NCBI GenBank assembly: GCA_039193915.1
Contig: JBCCWH010000001.1
Coordinates: forward strand, 7,668-71,667
Length of the DNA: 64,000 nt
Direction of reading: 5' to 3'
Source of the DNA: Planctomycetota bacterium
GTDB taxonomy: Bacteria; Planctomycetota; Phycisphaerae; Phycisphaerales; Phycisphaeraceae
Shown: one piece after another, positions 28,515 through 37,680 of the stretch
Position numbering within the stretch: the first letter of the stretch is position 1
Layout of the letters: each line of letters opens with the position of its first letter
The notes under the pieces: generated by a model
The model's database searches: none
What the model was told of the DNA's origin: nothing
The model's input: the letters and a program-made list of their open reading frames with translations, nothing else
Program-made: the position numbers and the translations under genes

Positions 28515-28933
28515 AGCTTCCTTGGCGGTTGAGTGAGAATCGGTGTAGACGCTGCATGATAGTGTCTCAAACGGGCGGAAACCCGGTGTTATCGGACATC
28601 CGGGGCAGCCCTTCGGGTTACGGCGTGGGCCGCAGAAGAGAGGCGTTGCGACAATCCCGGCGTCGGCGCTAAGCTAGGCAAGGGGCACGGTCGATGTCAG
28701 GGGGGCGGGTTGTGCGGGGTGTCCCGCCGCCCGGCCGTGTTTTGAGGCGACCGCCGAGTGGCACAGGCCCGTGGCGCGTCTATGGATAGAGGGTGTCGCT
28801 CAATTTCTTTGCGTAGTAAAGGGTGCGTTAAAGTGGGCCAGACACTAAGATAGTGGTTCTCAACGAACTGTCCTGAACCCGGCCCGATAGCGGCCGGATA
28901 ACCAAGCCCTTACCTGATGCAGGGAGCCAGCAC

Positions 28934-30352
28934 GTGCAGCGATTCTTGACGATCCGAAAAACCCTGAAACTCGCCGCTGTCGGCATCCTCAGTGCCGCCG
29001 GTGTGATGGCCGGTGCCGGCTGTGAGATGGACTCCTTCATGGACCCCTCCGCACAGGGTGCCTTTGAAGCCACCGCCCGCGTCCAGCCCATCCTCGACCG
29101 CCTCAGCGTGATCGAGTCGGGCTCGGCCTTCGACCTGCCCACCTCGCAGGTCATGAAGGAAGACCTCATGCCCGACGTGCGTGAGTATGTGCTGGGCCCT
29201 GGCGACATCATCACCGCCACGATCTACGAGCTCCGCATCCCCGGCGTCGACGACATCCAGACCCTCCGCGTCAGCGAGACCGGCGAAATCCGCCTCGCGG
29301 TCGTCGGCTCGGTCATGGCGTCGGGCCGCAGCCCCAGCCAACTCGAAGAAGATATCCGTAACAAGCTCGAAGAAGACGGCATCCTGCGCGACGCGACGGT
29401 CGGCGTCATCGTGCAGCAGTCGCAGCAGAACACCTACAGCGTGTTCGCGCAGTCGGCCCAGGGCAGCACCCGGGCCGGCACCTACCTGATCCCCAAGCCG
29501 GACTTCCGCCTGATCGAAGCGATCACGCTGGCCAACGGTATACCCGGCCGCACCAAGCGCATCTTCGTGATCCGCCAGGCCGCGCTGAGCCCGGCCGTCA
29601 CCGGCGACCGCGAAGCCGACGACGCCGACGCCCCCCAGCGCCCCGCGCCGGTCGACCCGCTCGAACTGCTCGAAGGCCTCGAAGAAGGCCTCGATAGCGC
29701 AGGCCCCGACGCCGCCGACCGCGGTGCACCGCCCGCCGGCGTCGAAGCCGGCCTCGACTCGGGCTCGGGTGCCCAGTGGGTCTTTGTCGATGGCGAGTGG
29801 GTCCGTGTCGCGGCCCCCAGCGACGACGCGGATTCTGACGAGTCACGCCTGGCCGCACTCTCGGGCCTGGTCACCCAGCGCATCATCGAGATCCCCTACG
29901 ACCGCCTCAAGGCCGGCGACATGCGATACAACATCGTCATCCGCCCCGGCGACATCATCTCCGTACCCTCGCCCAACGCCGGCTTCGTCTACATCGAAGG
30001 CGCGATCAACCGCCCCGGCGCCTACACCGTGCCCGGCGAGCAGGAACTCACCCTCCGGCGCCTGATCCCCTCGGCCGGCGGGCTGTCCCAGATCGCCTGG
30101 CCCGAGCGCGTCGAGATCATCCGGCAGATCGGGCCATACGAACAGGCCATCGTCCGCCTCAACTACCGCGCGATCGCGGATGGCACCGAGCCCGACATCT
30201 ACCTCAAGGCCAACGACGTCATCAACATCGGCACCAACGGCGTCGCCGTCCCCCTCGCGGTCTTCCGCAACGGGCTGCGGGCCACGTACGGCTTCGGCTT
30301 CGTGCTCGACCGCAACTTCAACGACGACGTCTTCTCGGGCCCCGGCGGCTAA
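28934..30352 (+). CDS. Polysaccharide export lipoprotein (Wza/OPX-like, SLBB domains)
   Basis: AGAGC lipobox; YVLGPGDII, IRPGDIISVP, YIEGAINRPGAY, SAGGL, DIYLKANDVI. Confidence 0.88.
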   Translation: MQRFLTIRKTLKLAAVGILSAAGVMAGAGCEMDSFMDPSAQGAFEATARVQPILDRLSVIESGSAFDLPTSQVMKEDLMPDVREYVLGPGDIITATIYELRIPGVDDIQTLRVSETGEIRLAVVGSVMASGRSPSQLEEDIRNKLEEDGILRDATVGVIVQQSQQNTYSVFAQSAQGSTRAGTYLIPKPDFRLIEAITLANGIPGRTKRIFVIRQAALSPAVTGDREADDADAPQRPAPVDPLELLEGLEEGLDSAGPDAADRGAPPAGVEAGLDSGSGAQWVFVDGEWVRVAAPSDDADSDESRLAALSGLVTQRIIEIPYDRLKAGDMRYNIVIRPGDIISVPSPNAGFVYIEGAINRPGAYTVPGEQELTLRRLIPSAGGLSQIAWPERVEIIRQIGPYEQAIVRLNYRAIADGTEPDIYLKANDVINIGTNGVAVPLAVFRNGLRATYGFGFVLDRNFNDDVFSGPGG

Positions 30353-30677
30353 GCCCGACCCCCTTCCGGGCCTGAGCCAAAACGGCCACAGCCCCGGAAT
30401 CGAGACAAACGCCCCGCCTATGATCGGGTAGGGCCAGCAAAACCAATCCCGCGCCGCTCCGGCTAACGCCGGCGCGGCGGATTCAAACGCCGAGGCATGA
30501 GGGATGCCCGGCGACCCCTCAGCCATGAGGGTGCCCCCGGCCGGCGGACTCGATCATCCGTTGGTGTGCGTGGCTGATTCGATGTCAAGGATGACTCCCC
30601 GTGGCGGCTTGTCCGCGCCCGTATAGCCATGCGGTGCGCCCGGCATCCCGCCCCACCGGAGTGAAGCGAAAGAGGCG

Positions 30678-32792
30678 ATGACCAGCACCCCCGTCCCCAA
30701 CCTACCCGCCAGCACAGACACCCCCCTCCTGGGTAAAGCCGGTCGCGTCTGGGTCGTTGTGTTCGGCCTGCTGATCGTCTTCCTCCACCTGCAGTTCTTC
30801 CGCCGGATGACGATCATCGGCCTCAACGAAGGCAACTGGTCGCACATCCTCGTCATCCCTTTCATCTCCCTCTACTACATCTACATCAACCGCGAACGCA
30901 TCCTCGCCCAGCCCCGCCGGGTCTGCCTCTGGGGGCTCCCGCTCATCGTCGCCGGCATCTTCGGCTACGCCATGGGCATCAGCCCCATCCGCAACGACAT
31001 GGCGCAGGGCTACAGCATCATCCTCGCCATCTTCGGCCTGCTTCTGCTGCTGCTCGGGCCAAGGCCGATGCGCATCCTTTGGTTCCCGGTCGCCTTCCTC
31101 GTCTTCGGCGTCAAGGTCTCGGACGCGATCTGGTCCGTCGTCGCCGGCAAGCTCCAGTTCATCGCCGCCCGCGGCGCGGTCGTGTTCATCAACATGCTCT
31201 CGCCGCTGACCGACATGTACGCCGAGATCCGCGGCTCGACCATCGACCTCGACTACACCTACCAGGGCATCGCGACGCAGACCCCGCTCAACGTCGCCGA
31301 GGCCTGCTCCGGGCTCCGCATGCTCATGGCCTTCCTCGCGCTGGGCGTCGCGCTCGCTTTCCTCTTCCCCCGCCGATGGTGGCAGCGCGTCGCGCTGGTC
31401 CTGCTGGCCGCGCCGATCGCGATCTTCGTCAACACCCTGCGGGTCACCGTCCTGGCGCTGCTCTACCTCATCGACCCCAGCTACGCCCAGGGGCAGTTCC
31501 ACATCTTCGTCGGCATGCTGATGCTGATCCCCGCCGCCGCGCTGCTGATGTTCGCCGGCTGGTGCCTCGAAAAAATGGTCATCGGCGGCATCCACGAGAC
31601 CGTGCCGCAGCCGATCCCACACAAGCACGACCCCGAACGCTTCGAGGTCGACTGGCGGGCTATCGTCCGTGGGCTATGGGTCGGCGTCGCCACCATCGCC
31701 GCCGCCGGGCTCGCCTACCTTCTGCTGCTCAACCACATCACCGACGGCATCGTCAGCGAGGCGATCAACTTCCCCTGGCCCGCGTCGCTCAACCTGGTCG
31801 GCGTCGGCGCGATGCTCGTCGTCCTCGTCGCCATCGCGGTCTTCCTCCGTAAACTCATGGGACTGCCCAACAGCGAGTACCGCTGGTTCGCCGCGCTCGG
31901 GCTCGCCCTGGGTGTGCTGCTCACCGCGTCGGTCGGCAACGCCGCCATGACCAAGGCGATGAAGATCTCGCTTGTCAAGGCCCCCGTCCCGCTCCAGTAC
32001 AACCTCGCCGCCCAGTTCCCCCAAGCGTTTGGCGACTGGGTGCGGATCAGCCAGGACGCCCGGCTTAGTCACGACCTCGAAGAAGAACTCGGCGCAACCG
32101 AGTACCTCACCAGTTGGTTCCTCGACACCTCCACCGGGCAGACCGTCGAAGAACTCGAGATCGAGCTGGCACCCGACGGCAGGAGCATCGTCCGTGGCTA
32201 TGAGCCCGGCGAAGTCGTCGTGCTGCATATCGCCTACTACACCGGCATCGTCGATACCGTCCCGCACGTCCCGGACAAGTGCTGGGTGGTCGCAGGCGGC
32301 ACCGTCGCCTACCGGGGCCAGCACCAGATCAGCCTCGAAGGCGACCACTACCGCCAAGACCCCGAGTCGGACGGCCTCATCGCACGAAGTGCCTACGGCT
32401 ACGACGTCCGTATCCCACAAGACGAGATCGACATGATCGTCTTCGCCGCGGATTCCGAAAACGGCGCACGCGTCGCAGCGACTTATTTCTTCATCGCCAA
32501 CGGCCAGTGCATGGCCAGCAGCCACAAGGTCCGCTTCAGCTTCAACCTGCGGGACCGCTACGCCTACTACTGCAAGGTCGAGGTCCGGTTCCCCGGCATC
32601 AACGACCCGAAACTGCTCGAGGCACGCGCCCAGGACTTCCTCCGCGACGCCATGCCGCAGGTGATGGCGATGCTCCCCGACTGGACCGAGGTCCGCGCCG
32701 GCCGGTACCCCAATCCCGACGGTTCCGCCCCCCCGCCCCCCGCGCCCCAAGACCCCGACGCGGCTTCGCAAGACGAAGCGAACCAGGACTAA
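30678..32792 (+). CDS. Exosortase fused to an EpsI-like periplasmic domain
   Basis: Multi-TM; VAEACSGLRML (Cys), NTLRV (Arg), QFHIF (His); EpsI motif HVPDKCWVVAG. Confidence 0.92.
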   Translation: MTSTPVPNLPASTDTPLLGKAGRVWVVVFGLLIVFLHLQFFRRMTIIGLNEGNWSHILVIPFISLYYIYINRERILAQPRRVCLWGLPLIVAGIFGYAMGISPIRNDMAQGYSIILAIFGLLLLLLGPRPMRILWFPVAFLVFGVKVSDAIWSVVAGKLQFIAARGAVVFINMLSPLTDMYAEIRGSTIDLDYTYQGIATQTPLNVAEACSGLRMLMAFLALGVALAFLFPRRWWQRVALVLLAAPIAIFVNTLRVTVLALLYLIDPSYAQGQFHIFVGMLMLIPAAALLMFAGWCLEKMVIGGIHETVPQPIPHKHDPERFEVDWRAIVRGLWVGVATIAAAGLAYLLLLNHITDGIVSEAINFPWPASLNLVGVGAMLVVLVAIAVFLRKLMGLPNSEYRWFAALGLALGVLLTASVGNAAMTKAMKISLVKAPVPLQYNLAAQFPQAFGDWVRISQDARLSHDLEEELGATEYLTSWFLDTSTGQTVEELEIELAPDGRSIVRGYEPGEVVVLHIAYYTGIVDTVPHVPDKCWVVAGGTVAYRGQHQISLEGDHYRQDPESDGLIARSAYGYDVRIPQDEIDMIVFAADSENGARVAATYFFIANGQCMASSHKVRFSFNLRDRYAYYCKVEVRFPGINDPKLLEARAQDFLRDAMPQVMAMLPDWTEVRAGRYPNPDGSAPPPPAPQDPDAASQDEANQD

Positions 32793-32850
32793 ACGCCCCG
32801 TACGATCCCCGGCGGCTTGCCGCCTAGACCCAAAACAGAGAACGGCTCCT

Positions 32851-35800
32851 ATGGCCACCCGCATCAACACCAAGTTCGCCATCATCCTCGCCGTCGCCGT
32901 CCTTCTCGGGGGCGTTGGCAGTGTCTGGGCGGTTAAGACATTCATCTTCAAGAGCGCCGAGCAGCACGCCGCGATCGGTGAAGACGCCCTCGAAGAAGGC
33001 CTCGCCGCCTTGGCCGCAGGCAACGTCGAAGAGGCCAACGCCCTGCTCGACCGTGCGGCCCGCAAGTACAACGCCGCCCACCGCAAGGACCCGAGCAACA
33101 CCGAATACCTCTACCAGAGCATCATCGCCAACTCGGCCTACGTCTGCGATAGCACGACCGAAGCGCAGAACCGACTGAGCATGATCTACGGCGCACGCCA
33201 ATTCGCACACGACTCCATCCAGGCGACCGAAGAAGACAAAACCCGGTTCTACGAAGAACTCATGGCCCGTCACCGGATGGGGCTGGTGGTTGAGAACAAC
33301 CTCCCGTGGATCCCCAATATCTTCACCAACGCAGAAGCTCAGGTCGTTGTGGATGAAAACGACATCCTGGCCCGGCGGTGGCGCGGCATCGCGGGCGTCT
33401 ACCTCCTGCGCAACGACATGCCGCCCGAAGAACGCGCGGTCTCGCTTGACGACCTCAATGCAGCCCTGGCCCAGACGCCCAACGACCCGGTCGTGCTCCA
33501 CCATATCGCTGTGTGGCACATCAATGAAGCCCGCCGAATCCGTACCGCCCAGGGCGGTACGACGACCGACACAACCACCCAACTCGAAGCACAGAGCCAG
33601 GACTTCTCCGCCCAGGCCCTCGCGGCCGCCCCGGAAGACCCCTACAACGCCCTGAACCACCTCGACCTCCTGCTGAACCTGCCCCTGTCAGAGGAAGTCC
33701 GCACCGCCGTCACCGACAAGCTGCTCGCCCTGGGCCGGCAGCTCTCCGACAACGCCGACGCGCGTGCGCAGCTTTACGACAGCGAACTCTTACGCGTCAT
33801 TAGCTGGCTCGTCGCCCACCCCCAGATCATGAACGACCCCGAAGACAGCCGGGGCCCCGACCTGGCTGTGGCGATCGCAAACGCCATGGTCGACGACGCC
33901 CCCGACCATATGAGGAAGTACCACGCGCTGGGCAGCGCGCTGCTGGGTCAGAGAGACTACCAGGGCGCGATCGATGCGCTCGAGGCCGGGCTCGCCATCG
34001 AACGGCCACTCGGAGCGCAGGACTACCTGCTCGATCTGCAAGCCGACCTGTCGATGCTCTACCTGGTTGCAGAGACCTACACCACGATGGCCGCCGACGT
34101 GAACCCCGACGTCGAGCAGCGTGACGCCCTGCTTGCCAAGGCCGAAGAAGCCCTGGTGCGTTACGCCGCGTCCGAAGGCGGGGACAGCCGCCAGCACGAA
34201 TCCAGAATCGACTACCTCCGGGGCCGGGCCGCCTATGTGCAGGGCATCCCGCACCTCGCGATCCAGCACCTCGAAGCCGCCAACCGTTTCGCCCAGAACA
34301 CCAATCTCGATGTCCTGATGCTGCTGGCCAAAGCTCACGACCGCAACGGCAACACGGGCAAGGCGATCGAATACTACGAACGGCTGCTCGCGCCCGGCAT
34401 GCAACCCGGCGCGGTCAACGAGCGCTTCCGCCTCGTCAGGATCTACATCGGGCTGGGCGGCGAATACCTGGAACGCGCCAACGAACACATCAACCTGTTC
34501 CTCGAGTACAACCCCAACAACGTCCAGGCCCGACTGCTCAAGGCCGAGATCCTGGCCGCCGCAGGACGCTTCGACGCCGCGGCCCAGGTCGTCGCCTCCA
34601 TCGACCTCGAAGCCAACCCGCAATTCACCGGCACCTACGCCAACTACCTCGCCCAGGACGGCCGGGCGGAAGAGGCCTTAGCGCTGGTCCGCGAACGGCT
34701 GAACACCGAACCCAACGACAGCACAGCACTCAGCCTGCTGTTCTCTCAGGTCACAGACCCAGAGCAGCAGCAGGTGGAACTCGACAAACTGATCGCGCTA
34801 GGCCTGAGCGACGAAAACTCGGCACTGGTCCGACGTGTGATCGAGACCGAAGGGCAAATGACGATCGAAGACTGGCAGGCCTTCGAAACCGAGCGGGGCA
34901 CCCCGCAGCTCGACATCAACAAGGCGCTGTTCCGCAACTACCAACGGACCGGCCAGGACGAGAAGATGCGTGAGGTCCTCGCGACGCTGGTCGAGATGGC
35001 GCCCGACGACAAACTCGTGCTGACATGGCAGTACGAGTTGGCGATCGCCGACAAGGACTGGGCACAGGCCGACCGTTTCATTACAGAGATCCTGGCGCTC
35101 GACCCGTCGGAACGTCCCGCGATCGCGGCAAGCAACGGCGCGTTCATGCGTGCCAAGGTCCAGACGGGCCGGATGCTGGATGAGGCCGAGGGAGGCCAGA
35201 CCCCGAACCTGCGTGAGGTGGTCCGTGCCTACACCGATGCTCTCGAAGAGAACGACACCTTCGCACCGGGCTGGATCGCGCTGGGGCAGGTGTATCTCCT
35301 GCAAAACGATATCGCCCGGGCACGCGACGCATTCGACCGTGCCTACCGGATCCAACGCACCAATGTGGAAGCCGCCATCCTCCTGGCGCGGACCCTGCGC
35401 CAGACCGGCGAGACCGACGCGGCGCTCGACCTCTACCGTGAAGTCCTGCGACGCAACCCCAACAACTCGCGGCTCATGAGCGAGTACATCGCCCTCGAAG
35501 CCCAGAGCGGCAATCGCCCCACCGCGATCGCACAACTCGAAGCCACACGCGAGACACGCCCGCAAGACTCCGCGAACCGCCGGATGCTCGCCCTCATGTA
35601 TGCCCAGGACGACCGCATCGACGACGCGCTGGCTGAGATCGACGCGATCGTCAGCTACGAAGGCGAGACCCGTCAGTCGGCCGTTAGTCGTGCCGAGATC
35701 TACTCGATCAACAACCAGCCCGAGCAGAGCATTTCGCAGCTACAGGCCTACGTCGAAGGGCGGGGCGACGCCGTGAAAGAGCTCGACTACCTCTCCCTGG

Positions 35801-37593
35801 CCGAGTATCTGCTCCGGGGCGATGAGCAAGAAGAGGCCGAAGCGGTGATCCAGCAGGCCGTCGCGATCGAAGACCCCGCCACCCGTCAGTCCTCTCGCTT
35901 CTGGGCAGAGACCCTGGTCCGGATGAGTCGGATGGAAGAGGCGGCCGCGGTGTATCAGGACCTGATCCGTGCTTTCCCCGAGGACGCGTCCCTGAAGATG
36001 CAGGTCGCCAAGGTCTACATCTCGATGGCCGAGTCTGACCGCGCCCTGTCGATCCTCGACAGCGTCCCTGCGTCGGCGGAGAAGGAGTTCCTCCGGGCAC
36101 AGGCCGAGCGTTTCCGAGGTAACACCGAGACAGCACTCGCCATCGTGGTCAACGCCCAGCAGACCTACAGCAACGCGCCGGTCCTCCTGAACATGCAGGC
36201 CCAGCTCCTCACCATCCTGGGAGAGGCGGACCTGTCGGCCGGGGAAACCGAACGCGGCCAAAGCCGCTTCGAGGAGGCCTTGGCCATCTATAGCGGGCTG
36301 GTCGAGCGCAACGCCTCGCTCTACGACATCCGCGTGCAGATCGCCAGGATCCGTAACGTGCTGGGCAAGACCGATGAGGCCATCACCGATCTGGAACAGG
36401 TGCTCGACGAGAAGCCCGACCATACGCCCGCCCGCCTCGCGCTCTTCGGCGTCTATCTCCAGCAGGCCCGCACGCTGAGCACGAACGACACCCGCCGGGC
36501 CGGCCTGGCGGGCTCCGCCCTGGCGGTGATTACGCCCGTGATCGAGGCGCAACCCGAAAACGCCAGCGCCCTGCGTGGCGGGGGTGAAGCCGCGCGCGAA
36601 GCCGGGCAGTTCCGCCAGTCGGCGGTGTACTTCGAAAGGGCGTTCGCGATCACCGGCGCGACCCAGGACCTCGGCCAGCAGGTCACCGCATTGCTGGACG
36701 ACCGACGCCCCGCCGACGTGATCACGCTGCTCGAAAATCCGGACTACGCCACACACCTCCGTGACTCCCTGGTCCTCCGCGCGATACAGGCCCGTGCCTT
36801 GGCCAACACCAACCAGACCGACGAAGCCCGCAACCTCTTCCGCAGTGTGCTGGGCCGCGCCGAATCGGTCGAGGAACTGGCCGAAATCACGCAACAGCTC
36901 TCGATCTCTGCACTGCGCAGCGAGACACCCGAGATCGTTGAAGACGTGCTGGGCGATGACCTGCCCACCGAGATCGAGTACAGACTGGTGCAGATCGAAC
37001 GCGCCAGCAAAGACTGGGAAGCCCTGATCGAACGCCTCAGCCGCTACGACGGCAACCCGACGGGCAACGCCGAGTTTGATCGGCAGTCGATGATGGCGCT
37101 CGCCCTGGCCTACCAAGAGCTCAACGACGACCCGGCCAACCTGCTCCAGAGCAAGCGGATCTACGAGCGCCTGCTCGAAAACCCCGCCAACGCGGACAAC
37201 ATGGAGCTGCTCAACAACCTGGCCTACCTGCTGTCCGACCAGCTCGAGGGCGAAGAGTACGGCCGACAGGCCGTCGTCTACGCACGGCGTGCCGCTGACA
37301 ATCTCAAATCGGACGACCCCGATCTGTACCGGGCCCAGATCCTGGACACGCTGGGCTGGGCGTTGTTCCGTGCAGGCGAGATCGACGAGGCCCGAAACGT
37401 CCTTCGCCAGAGCATCGAGACCCAGTCGATGGGTGTCAATAACATGCACCTTGGGCTGCTCTTTATGTCGCTGGGCGGCGAGAACAACGACCTCCAGGCC
37501 GAGCGGTATCTTGACGATGGCCGTCGTGCCAGCAACGACCCCGCCGAACGGGCCAAGATCCAGCAGTACCTCGACGAGATCGATCGCCGATAA
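32851..37593 (+). CDS. Large membrane-anchored TPR protein of the exosortase/EPS locus (PrsT-like)
   Basis: N-terminal TM; TPR-like helices throughout; LLNNLAYLL, LDTLGWALF. Confidence 0.88.
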   Translation: MATRINTKFAIILAVAVLLGGVGSVWAVKTFIFKSAEQHAAIGEDALEEGLAALAAGNVEEANALLDRAARKYNAAHRKDPSNTEYLYQSIIANSAYVCDSTTEAQNRLSMIYGARQFAHDSIQATEEDKTRFYEELMARHRMGLVVENNLPWIPNIFTNAEAQVVVDENDILARRWRGIAGVYLLRNDMPPEERAVSLDDLNAALAQTPNDPVVLHHIAVWHINEARRIRTAQGGTTTDTTTQLEAQSQDFSAQALAAAPEDPYNALNHLDLLLNLPLSEEVRTAVTDKLLALGRQLSDNADARAQLYDSELLRVISWLVAHPQIMNDPEDSRGPDLAVAIANAMVDDAPDHMRKYHALGSALLGQRDYQGAIDALEAGLAIERPLGAQDYLLDLQADLSMLYLVAETYTTMAADVNPDVEQRDALLAKAEEALVRYAASEGGDSRQHESRIDYLRGRAAYVQGIPHLAIQHLEAANRFAQNTNLDVLMLLAKAHDRNGNTGKAIEYYERLLAPGMQPGAVNERFRLVRIYIGLGGEYLERANEHINLFLEYNPNNVQARLLKAEILAAAGRFDAAAQVVASIDLEANPQFTGTYANYLAQDGRAEEALALVRERLNTEPNDSTALSLLFSQVTDPEQQQVELDKLIALGLSDENSALVRRVIETEGQMTIEDWQAFETERGTPQLDINKALFRNYQRTGQDEKMREVLATLVEMAPDDKLVLTWQYELAIADKDWAQADRFITEILALDPSERPAIAASNGAFMRAKVQTGRMLDEAEGGQTPNLREVVRAYTDALEENDTFAPGWIALGQVYLLQNDIARARDAFDRAYRIQRTNVEAAILLARTLRQTGETDAALDLYREVLRRNPNNSRLMSEYIALEAQSGNRPTAIAQLEATRETRPQDSANRRMLALMYAQDDRIDDALAEIDAIVSYEGETRQSAVSRAEIYSINNQPEQSISQLQAYVEGRGDAVKELDYLSLAEYLLRGDEQEEAEAVIQQAVAIEDPATRQSSRFWAETLVRMSRMEEAAAVYQDLIRAFPEDASLKMQVAKVYISMAESDRALSILDSVPASAEKEFLRAQAERFRGNTETALAIVVNAQQTYSNAPVLLNMQAQLLTILGEADLSAGETERGQSRFEEALAIYSGLVERNASLYDIRVQIARIRNVLGKTDEAITDLEQVLDEKPDHTPARLALFGVYLQQARTLSTNDTRRAGLAGSALAVITPVIEAQPENASALRGGGEAAREAGQFRQSAVYFERAFAITGATQDLGQQVTALLDDRRPADVITLLENPDYATHLRDSLVLRAIQARALANTNQTDEARNLFRSVLGRAESVEELAEITQQLSISALRSETPEIVEDVLGDDLPTEIEYRLVQIERASKDWEALIERLSRYDGNPTGNAEFDRQSMMALALAYQELNDDPANLLQSKRIYERLLENPANADNMELLNNLAYLLSDQLEGEEYGRQAVVYARRAADNLKSDDPDLYRAQILDTLGWALFRAGEIDEARNVLRQSIETQSMGVNNMHLGLLFMSLGGENNDLQAERYLDDGRRASNDPAERAKIQQYLDEIDRR

Positions 37594-37680
37594 CCACGAC
37601 CCAAACCATCGGCCTGCACCCCCGGCGCAGGCCCCCTAAACGACCGATGATACCCGCAGGGGATTGAAGGAATAGACACG

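Noticed and set aside
28515-28933. Sigma54 promoter or ncRNA upstream of the EPS locus
   Set aside because: The tggcac at about 28759 lacks a correctly spaced TTGC, and I recognise no RNA family.
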